Source: Nemertoderma westbladi (lineage: Eukaryota; Animalia; Xenacoelomorpha). Taken from it: a stretch of DNA of 64,000 nt. The stretch lies in contig JAUCBJ010002359.1 of assembly GCA_032718475.1 (NCBI GenBank), positions 15,903 through 79,902 on the forward strand, written 5' to 3'. Shown here piece after piece: positions 47,340 through 58,044 of the stretch. The translations under genes and the position numbers were made by a program. The notes beneath the pieces are model-generated. The model searched no databases. It was not told the DNA's origin and was given only the letters and a program-made list of their open reading frames with translations. The first letter of the stretch is position 1. Every line of letters begins with the position of its first letter.

Positions 47340-50209
47340 ATGAGCACAGAGCCCCAAGATCTAGAGGGAGAGAGGACACCGCCGCGGACCCCGGACGATA
47401 CCAACGAAACGATCCGTGAGGCCGCGACACGACGGTATCGACCCGCAACGCCGGACTCGCCGGAGAGAGACGATCCGGCAGCCCAAGCGGAGGGTGGCCG
47501 TCTACCACAACGAGGGATTAGCGAGTCGAGAGGACGAGTCGACGCACGATGGTGGTCGAAGTGCCGATGTCGCCGGCCAGCCACAGGCCGAGGGCGACGG
47601 ACGGCCCACCGGAACGGTGACGGTGGGGCCGTCGGTACGACGCCGAACCAGGAGGGGAGGAGGAGAGGTCGACGACGAGGACGTCGGAACCAGTGATCGG
47701 CTCCGACGAGCCTACAACGTGACGAAGAAACAGCTCAGGGAGGCCAGAGAGGGAGCAAAGGTAGACCAAGGGAAGTTGAGCCAGCGACTAGGTGAGTCAA
47801 ATAAACATTTTAGATACCTAGTTCGCTTCGGACAGGGAGAACTAGAACTATTTGAACTGTGGCGATCCGGGATTATGGAGCCCCAGATAGTGTACATAGG
47901 GCCGTATTTAGTGGATGCTAGGGGAATTAAGTTAGTGGGTTGGGCAGACCCGCACGAGGGCGAATCCGAGATTAACCCCGAGGATTCGGTCTCGTCGGTT
48001 AGCGAGAACCCCAGAAAGCGGGGGAAAGTTAGCAGGACAGAGAGGCGACGGGGGTCCGTCGCGACCGATAAGTCCGCTACATCCTCCACAAAAGCAAGAA
48101 GGGTGTTAGAAATAGATCTGGCGTGTCAATTAGACATGGTGGCGCTAGACCAGAAAGAGTTAGAGAGGCAGTTGGAAGAGGGAACTGCGTTGTTAGAAAG
48201 AGAGAGAGAGCTGGCAAGAGAGAATAAAGAGAGGGCTGAGAGGGTCGCGAGAAACTTTAGAGAGTGTGAGGAGATAGAAATAAGGGAGATGAACGAGCGC
48301 AAAGAGCGAGAAGCGAAAGAGGCGAACGAGCGCAAAGAACGTGAGGCGAGAGGGGCGAGAGAGGAGAGTGAGCAAAAAGAGCGTGGAGCGAGGCGGCTTG
48401 AGAGGATTGCGAGAGAGGCGGAGCTGGCCGAGCAGAGTTTGCGAGAGGATAGGGAGAGAGAGAGAATGGGAAAGCATGTGCGGGATGATATGCATGCCCG
48501 GTTGAGGGGGCTTATGCAATATCAGGCCAAACAGAAGCGCCGATTGGAGCTGGCGCAGTTGGGGCTATCAGAAAGTGAGGCTGGCTCGGGTAGTGTTTAC
48601 GAGGAGCCAGAAGTTATGGAAACGTTTGTTAATACCCCACTTACAGGGACCGGACGACAGACCCAAGACTGGTGTATCCATACGGGCGGGGGGGGGGGGG
48701 GGTGGGGGGGTAATAATAATACATTAGAAAACGTTAATATTAATAGTACCTAATCAAACCTAAAATAACCCTAATCAAACTTTCATTGCAGGGAATAATA
48801 TTTTGCCCGATAATAGTAATTTAAATCCGAACGATCCTAATTTAAATAATAATCCAAATAATTCAAATAATCTAGATTTGAGTATACAAAATAATTCAAA
48901 TAATCTAAATTTAAATACGCAAAATAATCTATATAATAATTTTGATTCAAACGAGCAAAATAATCCCGATTCTAATTCAATACAGAATAATTTAAATAAT
49001 AACCCGAATTCAGCACGGAATAATTCTAATAATTTAAATAATTTAGAAAATAATATTGATAATGGTGCTATTAATATAAACGCGGCAGATGTAGGTGGTC
49101 CGGCCAACGAGAGCCTGCCAGGCCACATAATCAGTACGCAGGGGGTAACGGGGGTGAGAGACCCCGACGGGAGCCTGGTAGGCCATGTAGTTAATACGCA
49201 GGGAGTAGCGAGGGTGAGTCAACCCGACGGGAGCCTGCCAGGCCACGTAGTGATAAAGGGAGAGGCGGGGGTGAATAGACCCAGCCGCAGTAGAGTTAGT
49301 GCGTCGACTAGAGGGGGGTGTAGAAGCGAAGTGAGAGATAGTGAAGTAAGAAGTAGCGGGTGGGGGGGGGGCTACAGGCGCCCCACCACGAGAGATTAGT
49401 GGCGAGAGGGGGGGGGGGGAGGGGCAGAGAATGTCCCACAGGCGTCGGCGGATAATGCGCGGGGCGAGTTAGGTGAACCGTGGCACCCGACGACGGAGAA
49501 TAGTAGGGGGATGGCGAGTATCCCCAGGAGGGTCCAGCCGGACAGAGTAGAGTCAGATGTTAGCGCCAAGAGTGGGCGAGCAGGAAGACGTCAGTTGGAA
49601 GAGAGAAGAAGAATAGTAGAGTTTAACCGGGAGGTCGAAGAGAGAAGAAGTGAAGAGAATAGAAGAAGCGTTGCTACGAGCAACCGGAGAACGAGGACGG
49701 ATAGCGAGCCGTCGGTAGTAGAGATGGAGTTAGGGAGTCAGTGGGGTCGAACTCCGGGAGATTGCCGTCGCCCCGGAGAGACGCACCGCACATTAGGAGA
49801 AGGGTACAGAACGTACCGATACGAGGAAGAGGATATAGCTGCCGATCGAGGATACGGTAGCCGCGGGGAGGACTTCTTGGATTATTCAAGAAGGTTAAAC
49901 TTCGGTCCGGAGGGACACATACAGACTGCAGGACATACTGTAGGCCTTACTGCACATACTAAAGGCCATGCTGGGAGAGATAATGTAGGCGATAGGGCAG
50001 CGCGGACGACGGGATTAAACCCGGAAGTCGCGGAGTACATACTGGTAGGTAGGCCAGAAGTGGATAGGCCTATACCGGTACCAGCACAACAGTATGACTA
50101 TAGCATGCAGGGACATAACATATACCCGGTTGAAGGGGATATTGCAGATAGGCAATATAGACAACCAAGAACAAAGAGGATTCGACAAAGAGAGTGGGGT
50201 GGAAAGTGA
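47340..50209 (+). pseudogene. Degraded gag-like N-terminal region of a BEL/Pao-like element (coiled coil, Asn-rich and RG-rich segments)
   Basis: Collinear ORFs 47340/47416-48753, 48803-49399 and 49511-50209. EINPEDSVSSVS followed by an E/R coiled coil, as seen in BEL gag N-termini. No pol follows. Confidence 0.55.
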
Positions 50210-50339
50210 GGTGAGCTAGAGGAGGAAGATGGGAGAGATGAGAATGGTACAGGGGATGCGTTGAACTAAGTGGGGCACGGGCGTGATGACGTGTTTGATG
50301 CAAGAGCAGGGTATGTTAATTAGGGTGGGTGCTGGGCAC

Positions 50340-51700
50340 AAGAAGTTAGTAGCCGAGGCACTAGAGAGTTAGTAGAGTTAGTAAGAGTTAGTTGAGTTAG
50401 TAAGAGTTAGTAGTAGAGTTAGTTGAGTTAGTAAGAGTTAGTAGTAGAGTTAGTTGAGTTAGTAGAGAGTTAGTAGAGTTAGTAAGAGTTAGTAGTAGTT
50501 CACATAATTAACATACCCACTTTGCCGGCACTCAGAGCGTCACGTGCAGGCGAGAAGATGTAAAGGGGATAAGATGTAAAGGTAGGTGTAGAGGAGATAA
50601 GAAGTAAAGGTAGAGTAGAGGAAGATAGATGTAGAGGAAGTAGATAGAGATGGGAGAGATGCATGATGAAGGGGTGGCCCATAAGTTGTTGAGTGGTCCA
50701 ATAGGTTGGACAGAGAAGGGTACGGACGTGCCGGGGTGTGTGCATGAGGGTGTGGGTGGTTAAACGTTACATTCTGCCTAGGTTAACATGTGCTCCTAGG
50801 GTAACTTAGCATATGCACCTTTGACGGCACTGAGAGCGTCACGTACAGGATTAAGGGGGAGCATGTATACATAACCATAGTTGAGGGGTGCAGTAGTAGA
50901 GGCGGGCACATAGGGTTCCAGGTAGTAGAGTAGTAGAGGCAGGCACAAAGGGTGCCAGGTAGTAGAGTAGTAGAGGCGGGCACAAAGGGTGCCAGGTAGT
51001 AGAGTAGTAGAGGCGGGCACATCGGGTGCCAGGTAGTAGAGTAGTAGAGGCGGGCACATAGGGTGCCAGGTAGTAGAGTAGTAGAGGTGGGCACATAGGG
51101 TGCCAGGTAGTAGAGTAGTAGAGGCGGGCACATAGGGTGCCAGGTAGTAGAGTAGTAGAGAGGGCACAAAGGGTGCCAGGTAGTAGAGTAGTAGAGGGGG
51201 CACAAAGTGAAGGGGGGTATGTACGCATGCTATTGCCAAGGAGTAAGGAAAGTGCGAAACCTGTGGGCACTGAGGGCATCACGTAGTGATCAGAAAGAGG
51301 GTAGGTAGTACCGTTAGTTGAGAGTAAGAGGGTACGCAGTACCGTTAGTTAGAGTTAGGGAGTAAGAGGGTACGTGGTACCATTAGTAAAGTTAGAGTAA
51401 GAGTAGTAAGAGGGTACGTAGTACCGTTAGCTAGAGAGTTAGTAAGAGTAGTAAGAGGGTACGTAGTACCGTTAGCTAGAAGAGTTAGTAAGAGTAGTAA
51501 GAGGGTATGTAGTACCGATTAGTTAGAGAGTTAGTAGAGTTAGAGAGTTAGTAGAGGTAGAGAGTTAGTAAAGTTAGTAGAGGTAGAGAGTTAGTAGAGT
51601 TAGAGAGTTAGTAGAGGTAGAGAGTCAGTAGAGTTAGAGAGTCAGTAGAGTTAGGGAGTTAGTAGAGCTAGTGGAGTTAGTAGAGTTTGCAGTAAGAGAG
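50340..51700 (+). repeat. AGAGTTAGT-rich low-complexity 3' region of the + strand LTR element, including a 37-bp minisatellite (50892-51205)
   Basis: (AGAGTTAGT)n arrays; AGTAGTAGAGGCGGGCACATAGGGTGCCAGGTAGTAG x~8. The mirror-image counterpart lies at 53240-53940. Confidence 0.85.
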
Positions 51701-52049
51701 TAGAGAGCACAATATATCGTAATAAGGTAGATAGGATAATAGCACAGACAGGGGGAACATGGTTAAAAAATCAAAATAAAATTAAGAATATCAGGACCAC
51801 CCCCGAACTACAGAAGAGCCTTCAAGGTGGCCTTCGAAGGTCTGGTAGACCACCCGGGGCTGAAGGGCGAGTCGGTGTAATACAGCAGCCGGCATCTAGT
51901 AGACAGGGAGGTGGATACACATAACAGAGGTGGGAGAAGTTGGAAGCGGATAGACTTGAGGAGAAGCGACTGGAAGAAGTCGCCAGGCGAGAAAGGCGGA
52001 GAGAGAATGAAGCGCGTTATGTAGACAAGCATATAATATAATATATATA

Positions 52050-55000
52050 ATGTCCCCCCATTGGTTGATAACCCACTTCATGCCTTTTACTCTGTGGGAG
52101 TGTTCCCCCCCCCCCCCCCCCCGTTGCTGTTACTTTCCTTCTCCCGGAGGTTTGACCTCTGACCCCCCTTTGTGTGCGGCCCTTTGGGGTTTGTCGTCCC
52201 CGTTTATTGGGGGTGATACGAGATTGATTGGTAATCAATCTCGTACTCCCCAATATTGCTTAAAGGCACCGTTTCCCAACTTTATGGGGTGGTTAGCGGA
52301 ATTGAATCCGCTAACACTCCCCCCCATGCTATCTTTCCGGTGAGAAGATAGCATCAACCTCAAGTGCGCTTCAATTCCGCTGGAACCCGATCTACTATCG
52401 GGTGTGGGGTGGAGTTCTTTTACTTGGAGTCGGCTTTCCAGGCCGCTCCCTCTGGGTATGGTATTTTTCATTACCCTCTCCTGGTGCAACCCTTATCTAT
52501 GTTGCACCAAGACGTCTGGCGTCTCTGCTTGAGACAATTGTGCATTCCTCTCACACAATTTTTAAACTCTCCTTACTACTCAACTTTAACTCCTCTCTAC
52601 TTTATCTTACTCGCTCCCCACACCCGAATCGCACTCCTCTCACTTTCCCTCATCCTGTCAAAAACCTCCTCTCCATTCTTCCCCCCGATTTCCCTTCTAG
52701 CTTTCATCCCTTGCACACTTATCAGGCCCCACACATGAGCGCTCATTTTGGTGAGAGCCATCCAAGTCCCGTCCTGTCGCCCTAGTCAATTAATCCCCAG
52801 TCCCAGTAGCTAATTGGAAAAACGCTGTACTTGACTACGGTACATACTGTATAATATACATACGAATTATTATATAATTATTATAGGATTATAATCGTTA
52901 TTATTATATATTTTATATTATGTGCTCGTCTACATAACGCGTTTCATTCCTACTACTCATTACTCTCTCTCCGCCTTTCTCCCCTGGCGACTTCTTCCAG
53001 TCGCTTCCCCTCAAGTCTCTCCGCTTCCAACTTCTGCTACCTCTGTTATGTGTATCCACCTCCCTGTCCACTAGATGCCGGCTGTTCTATTACACCGACT
53101 CGCCCTTCAGCCCCGGGTGGTCTACCAGACCTTCGAAGGCCACCTTGAAGGCTCTTCTGTAGTTCGGGGGTGGTCCTAATATTCTTAAATTTTATTTGTT
53201 TTATCTACATTTGTCCCTATCCTGTGCTATCGTTTTGTACTTACCTCTCTACTTACTTCTTACTGCGTAACTCTCTTGCTAACTTCTTACTAACTATTAA
53301 CTTCACTAATTCTACTAACTCAAACTCTACTAACTCTCTAATTCTACTAACTCAAACTCTACTAACTCTCTAATTCTACTAACTCAAACTAACTCTCTAC
53401 CTCTAATGGTACTATGTACCCTCTTACTCCCATGGTATGTCTCTATACCACACTCCCTGTGCTTCTACTCTAACGGTACTACGTACCCTCTTACTCCCGT
53501 GGTATGTCGTCTCTATACCACACTCCCTGTGCTTCTACTCTAACGGTACTACGTACCCTCTTACTCCCGTGGTATGTCGTCTCTATACCACACTCCCTGT
53601 GCTTCTACTCTAACGGTACTACGTACCCTCTTACTCCCGTGGTATGTCGTCTCTATACCACACTACCTGATCTCTAACTAACTTCCTCTTACTTCTTACT
53701 ACTTACTGACTTCTTACTACTACTGACTTCTTATTAACTACTACTAACACTCTAGCTAACTTCTACTAACTCTTACAAACACACTAACTAGCTCCTCTAA
53801 CGGTATTATACATACTCTCTTACTACTAACTAACTCCTTTAACGGTACTACGTACCCTCTTACTACTCTTACTAGCTCTCTAACTAACTTCTATCTGCCT
53901 GCTTACTTACTACGTACTTGCTATGTACTATTACTTTCCTTTCTCTTATTTTCTTTCTCTATTTTTTTTATTATTATTATTTTTTTTTTTTTTTTTTTAT
54001 GCGCGGGAAGGGCGTCTCGCCCTCAATCCCACCCCCCTCAGTCCAACACTTGGATGACTAAACACTACGGTGCACCTTCTAGTAGGCAACACTTTCCTAC
54101 AGCCCTCCTATAGGTCTTCCTATCTTTCGCCCCCATCTTGCCACCCATCTGCACCTCTACCGATTGGACTCTTCCGTCCTCGTTGGAGTAAGTGCCCACA
54201 ACTCTCGCCAATCTCCACTGGCCGCCGACGATGGTGTCGTCCGCAACGATCACCAGATCACCCTCCTTCAACTCCCCAGTGGTATTTCTCCACTTGCTCC
54301 TCCTGTGAAGTGTGGGTAGATATTCCTCGAAATCCCCGAAGGCTCTCCAATACGCCACTAACTTCTTGGTCTTGTACCAACTTGAGCTGTAGCTGAGGAG
54401 TTTGTCTATCGGGTTGTCGCCTGGTTCTTCTAGTTTTGGTTGCACCTCTCTGATCTCCCTCGCCATCTGACTATACATCCCCTCACCCTCTGAGTCTTCT
54501 CCCTCTTCTTCTACTGGTATTTCCTCTGAGCCCGGGTCCACCTTCTTCATTGGTGGCCAGGCCGTCCTATCGTTCAGGAACTGTGGTCCGTGCTGCCACA
54601 ATACTTCCTTCTTTAAGAAAGTGTGGTGTGCCACGCCCCTCGATAACAAGTCTGCTGGGTTCTCGTCCGTTGGGCAGTAGTGCCACCTTTCGCTCTTATT
54701 TCGTCCACCCTATTTGCGACGAATATAGGGTATCTCGTCCTTTAATTGTGTAGCCAACCAAGCACTACCATGGAGTCCTTCCAGTAGTGTGTTTCCACTA
54801 TGTTGGGAATAGCGTCCATCAAGTAGGCTGTGGCCCTCACTCCTAACCTCGCAGCTGTCAACTCGAGTTTCGGGACCGATGCTGAATCTGGCGGCATCGA
54901 CTTTGCTTTGCTGAATGCAAGTCTGGGCTTATGAGCCCCCTCTCATTGTACTAGGTAGAGTGCCGCTCCGTATGCTTCCAATGATGCATTGGAGAACATG

Positions 55001-55090
55001 TGTAGATCCAGACTCGTCATGTCCCCATCCGGGAAATACATGCGTGGCATGTTGTATGTCCCCATCTGTTCTAAACTCTCCGTCCACTTG
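52050..55090 (-). mobile_element. 3' half of a BEL/Pao LTR retrotransposon: pol remnant, long repeat-rich 3' region, PPT and truncated 3' LTR
   Basis: PPT GGGGGGGAG followed by TGTTAGCGG (LTR start 52316 on minus). 70-bp minisatellite at 53400-53665. Pol motifs as in the next feature. Confidence 0.85.
54065..55090 (-). pseudogene. BEL/Pao RNase H plus integrase C-terminal (DUF5641-like) remnant with the integrase core deleted
   Basis: LHMFSNASLEAYGAALYL, SVPKLELTAA, WKDSMVVLGW, FVANRV, CPTDENPADLLSRG, WQHGPQFL, EYLPTLHRRSKW, GDLVIV, WRLARV. Confidence 0.9.
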
Positions 55091-57430
55091 CAGTAATCTT
55101 GGCCTTGGTACAGAATCGAACGCCTTTTGAAAGTCTACATATACCGCGTATAATGGTTGCCGGGGTGATGATAGATTGATGTGAATTCTGTTGATGAACT
55201 GGGCGATCGCTTGCCCCATTGACCTGCCCTGCATGTAGCCGAACTGTTCTGCGGGAATCTTACTGGATACCAGTTTACGTAGTCTTTTTTCAACGATTGA
55301 TGTTAACCATTTGTACGCATTGTGTAGTAACGAAATTCCTCTATAATTGTCAGGAACGGCTCTAGAACCTTTCCCCTTATACAGCACAAACATGAGACTG
55401 GTTTTCCAGGATGTTACTAACGTTCCGGTAGACAAATATAAATTGAAGAGCGCTGTCCAAAGGATCAGCGTTACAGGGACAGCGCCTTTAAGGAGTTCGT
55501 AAGGAAGCTTGTTTGGGCCACGTGATTTACCCGATTTCTTGTCTTTTAAAGCAGAAGCTACTTCCTCTTCTGTGAATAAACTTCCGTTCGTCGTAGTTTC
55601 TTCCTCGGACAAGTTGCCTTCATCCTCCGAGGAGTCCTCCCCTTTTAGAATTTTACTGAAGTGTTCCTCCCAAGTCTCTAATGGAACCGGACAGCTGCTT
55701 TTTGAAGTGGTCTTTTTGCACCATTTGTATGGGTTATCTTCAGCCTCGGCAATCAGCTTTTCCTCGGTGCAACGAGCATATTCTTCCTGTTTATCTCTGA
55801 GGAGTTGTTTGTATTCGCGTTTCTTAGCACATAACTGAGCACGTTTCGAAGAATCTGCGTTTGAGGCATTATGAATAGATAAAACCTCGCGCCATTTGCG
55901 GTAGCAGTCCGAGTCAAACCAGCGTTTAGAGAAGCGTTTCGTGTCGCTAAGAGCCGGTGCCGCCTCTTTTATCGCATTAGATAAGAGTAAATATGCCTCA
56001 TCTGTTCGGTTCTCGGTTAGCAGATTGTATGTATGATCGAGTCTCTCGTCGTTCTGCAGTAGTCCGAGATTTATTTCGCGCTTCCTCGGAAATTCTGTAT
56101 GTGGAGTTGTAGTTTTTGGATTGAAAATTTTGCAATTCCACATCGCCTTAATAGGGGTGTGTTTCCGCATTGCGTTCGCAACGCCGTTGATGCGCTCTGG
56201 TAATTCGTTTGAGAATATCAAATCTATTGCACTACTGCCATTGTGACAAATGTATGTAGGCTCCGCCGGATCTGAATGCAGAGACATGTCCATGTTTTCC
56301 ATAAGTTTGATCAAGGCATCAGCCTTGGGGTTGTCGTTAACATCGATACGAGCGTTGAAGTCACCCGTAAATATAATGTGACCCCCAAAGTTTTTGGGAA
56401 TGTGATCTAATGCAGTTAGTACGCCGTCAATCAAGTCCTCTAGAGCCGTTTTAGGTTGGAAGTAGCAGCAAAATAATAAAACATGATCAGTTTGTACGCA
56501 TATAAAATTTTCACTCTTCCCTATAAGTTTAGGATTTAGCTGTGGTTTGACTGCTATCATTATGCCACCAAATGGTCTGCCTCGCCCCTCAGTTTTCGTT
56601 GCCATGAAGTCACCCGTAAATATAATGTGACCCCCAAAGTTTTTGGGAATGTGATCTAATGCAGTTAGTACGCCGTCAATCAAGTCCTCTAGAGCCGTTT
56701 TAGGTTGGAAGTAGCAGCAAAATAATAAAACATGATCAGTTTGTACGCATATAAAATTTTCACTCTTCCCTATAAGTTTAGGATTTAGCTGTGGTTTGAC
56801 TGCTATCATTATGCCACCAAATGGTCTGCCTCGCCCCTCAGTTTTCGTTGCCAATGACTCGAATGAGTAAAACCCTGGAATATCCAGACTGACTGTCGCC
56901 ATGGTTTCATTGAGTAAAAGGACGTCTGTGTCGAACACTATGTCGTTGTGTGAATGATTGAGTACGGATTTCAGGCCTTCCACATTCCAGAGTGTGGTAG
57001 ATAGTTTACAGTGAGCCGTTCCTGTGGTGGGAACTGCTGCGCGAACAACCGGGGCTGCGTGAACCGCTGGGCGAACAACCGGGGCGGCGGGATCCGCTGC
57101 CCCGGCAGATTGTTCGAAAGGGCTGTTATTAGTATTTTCATCTTGTTGAGGTAGTCAAACTCGTTGATGCCTAAACGTAGGCCGGACACTTAGACCGAAG
57201 GACTCTCTCTCAGCATTACTAAGGTTGTAATTCTTTATAAGAATTCCACTTTCCCAAAGGTCAGGATTCATTACCGATTCACGCTGATCCTGGTTGCATA
57301 CCAGATGGAAGGATCTAGAACGAGCGCCGTCATTTACTTCTATCGGAATTATTTGATCAAACGGAACTGATTCATCGTTCAGAAAGTCTGTTATTTGCTC
57401 AGCCGACACATCCAAACCAACCCGGTTAAA
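55090..57430 (-). mobile_element. LINE fragment (ORF1 C-terminus, APE endonuclease, N-terminal RT); clade uncertain
   Basis: ORF1-like SFHLV..MNPDLWESGILIKNY; WNVEGL, LLLNET, TGDFNAR, GSSAIDL; KGKGS..PDNYRGISLL, EQFGY..GRS, YVDFQKAFDSV. Truncated at both ends. Confidence 0.9.
56356..56853. repeat. Perfect 249-bp in-frame tandem duplication inside the LINE endonuclease
   Basis: The 83-aa block ATKTEGRGRP...IFTGDF appears twice in ORF 54929-56983. Confidence 0.95.
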
Positions 57431-57719
57431 CACTCAGGTATTTTAAAGACCTCAGGGGGAACACCCTCTGCTGGGCTGCTGAGCTTGGGAAAATAACAGA
57501 GTTTGTGTTTCTCAATGTTAATGTTCCAATGATAATAGCACAGAATCAGTTACAGTATAGGATTGAAATCGCAATGAGAATTACAACAGCAGTTATATGA
57601 TTGATGTTAAATGACGAAAGTGATGATTAAAACTATAACCGGTCTGCAACTCTGTGATTAATGAACTGACCAGTAAATCAGTAATCAGGATAACTATATG
57701 ATTGATACACATAGATATT

Positions 57720-57975
57720 GGTTTCATCTCTACTCTACTTGGCCTTCTGTACCCAATGGATGCTTTCCTATCACTCCCTGTGCACTCCCTGTGAGTGTTA
57801 CCCCCTGCCTCTAGCCTCTACTAGCTGTGTTCTCCCAGTGAGGTGGTTTGACCTCTCACATCTCTATGTGGCTTTAGGGACTGTGTCGCCCCCCCCCCCC
57901 CCCCCCCCCCCCCCCGAGTTGGTTATGAGGCGAGATTATTATTGGTAATCTCGTATCCCCAACTATATTGCGTCA
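57720..57975 (-). mobile_element. Diverged LTR relic related to the BEL LTRs
   Basis: GGTTTGACCTCT..GTGGC.TT.GGG..TGTCG and GAGATT..TTGGTAATCTCGTA.CCCCAA shared with 52150-52255. Confidence 0.55.
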
Positions 57976-58044
57976 GTATATAAATAAACGCAGACTCGAT
58001 CTTTAGGCAAACTCAGACATTAATTATAATAATAATAATAAATC

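Noticed and set aside
48803-49080. Asn-rich segment as a host prion-like gene
   Set aside because: Lies collinearly within the LTR element's gag-like region; best explained as low-complexity expansion.
50783-51282. Three overlapping minus ORFs with YYSTTWHP repeats
   Set aside because: Translations of the 37-bp minisatellite.
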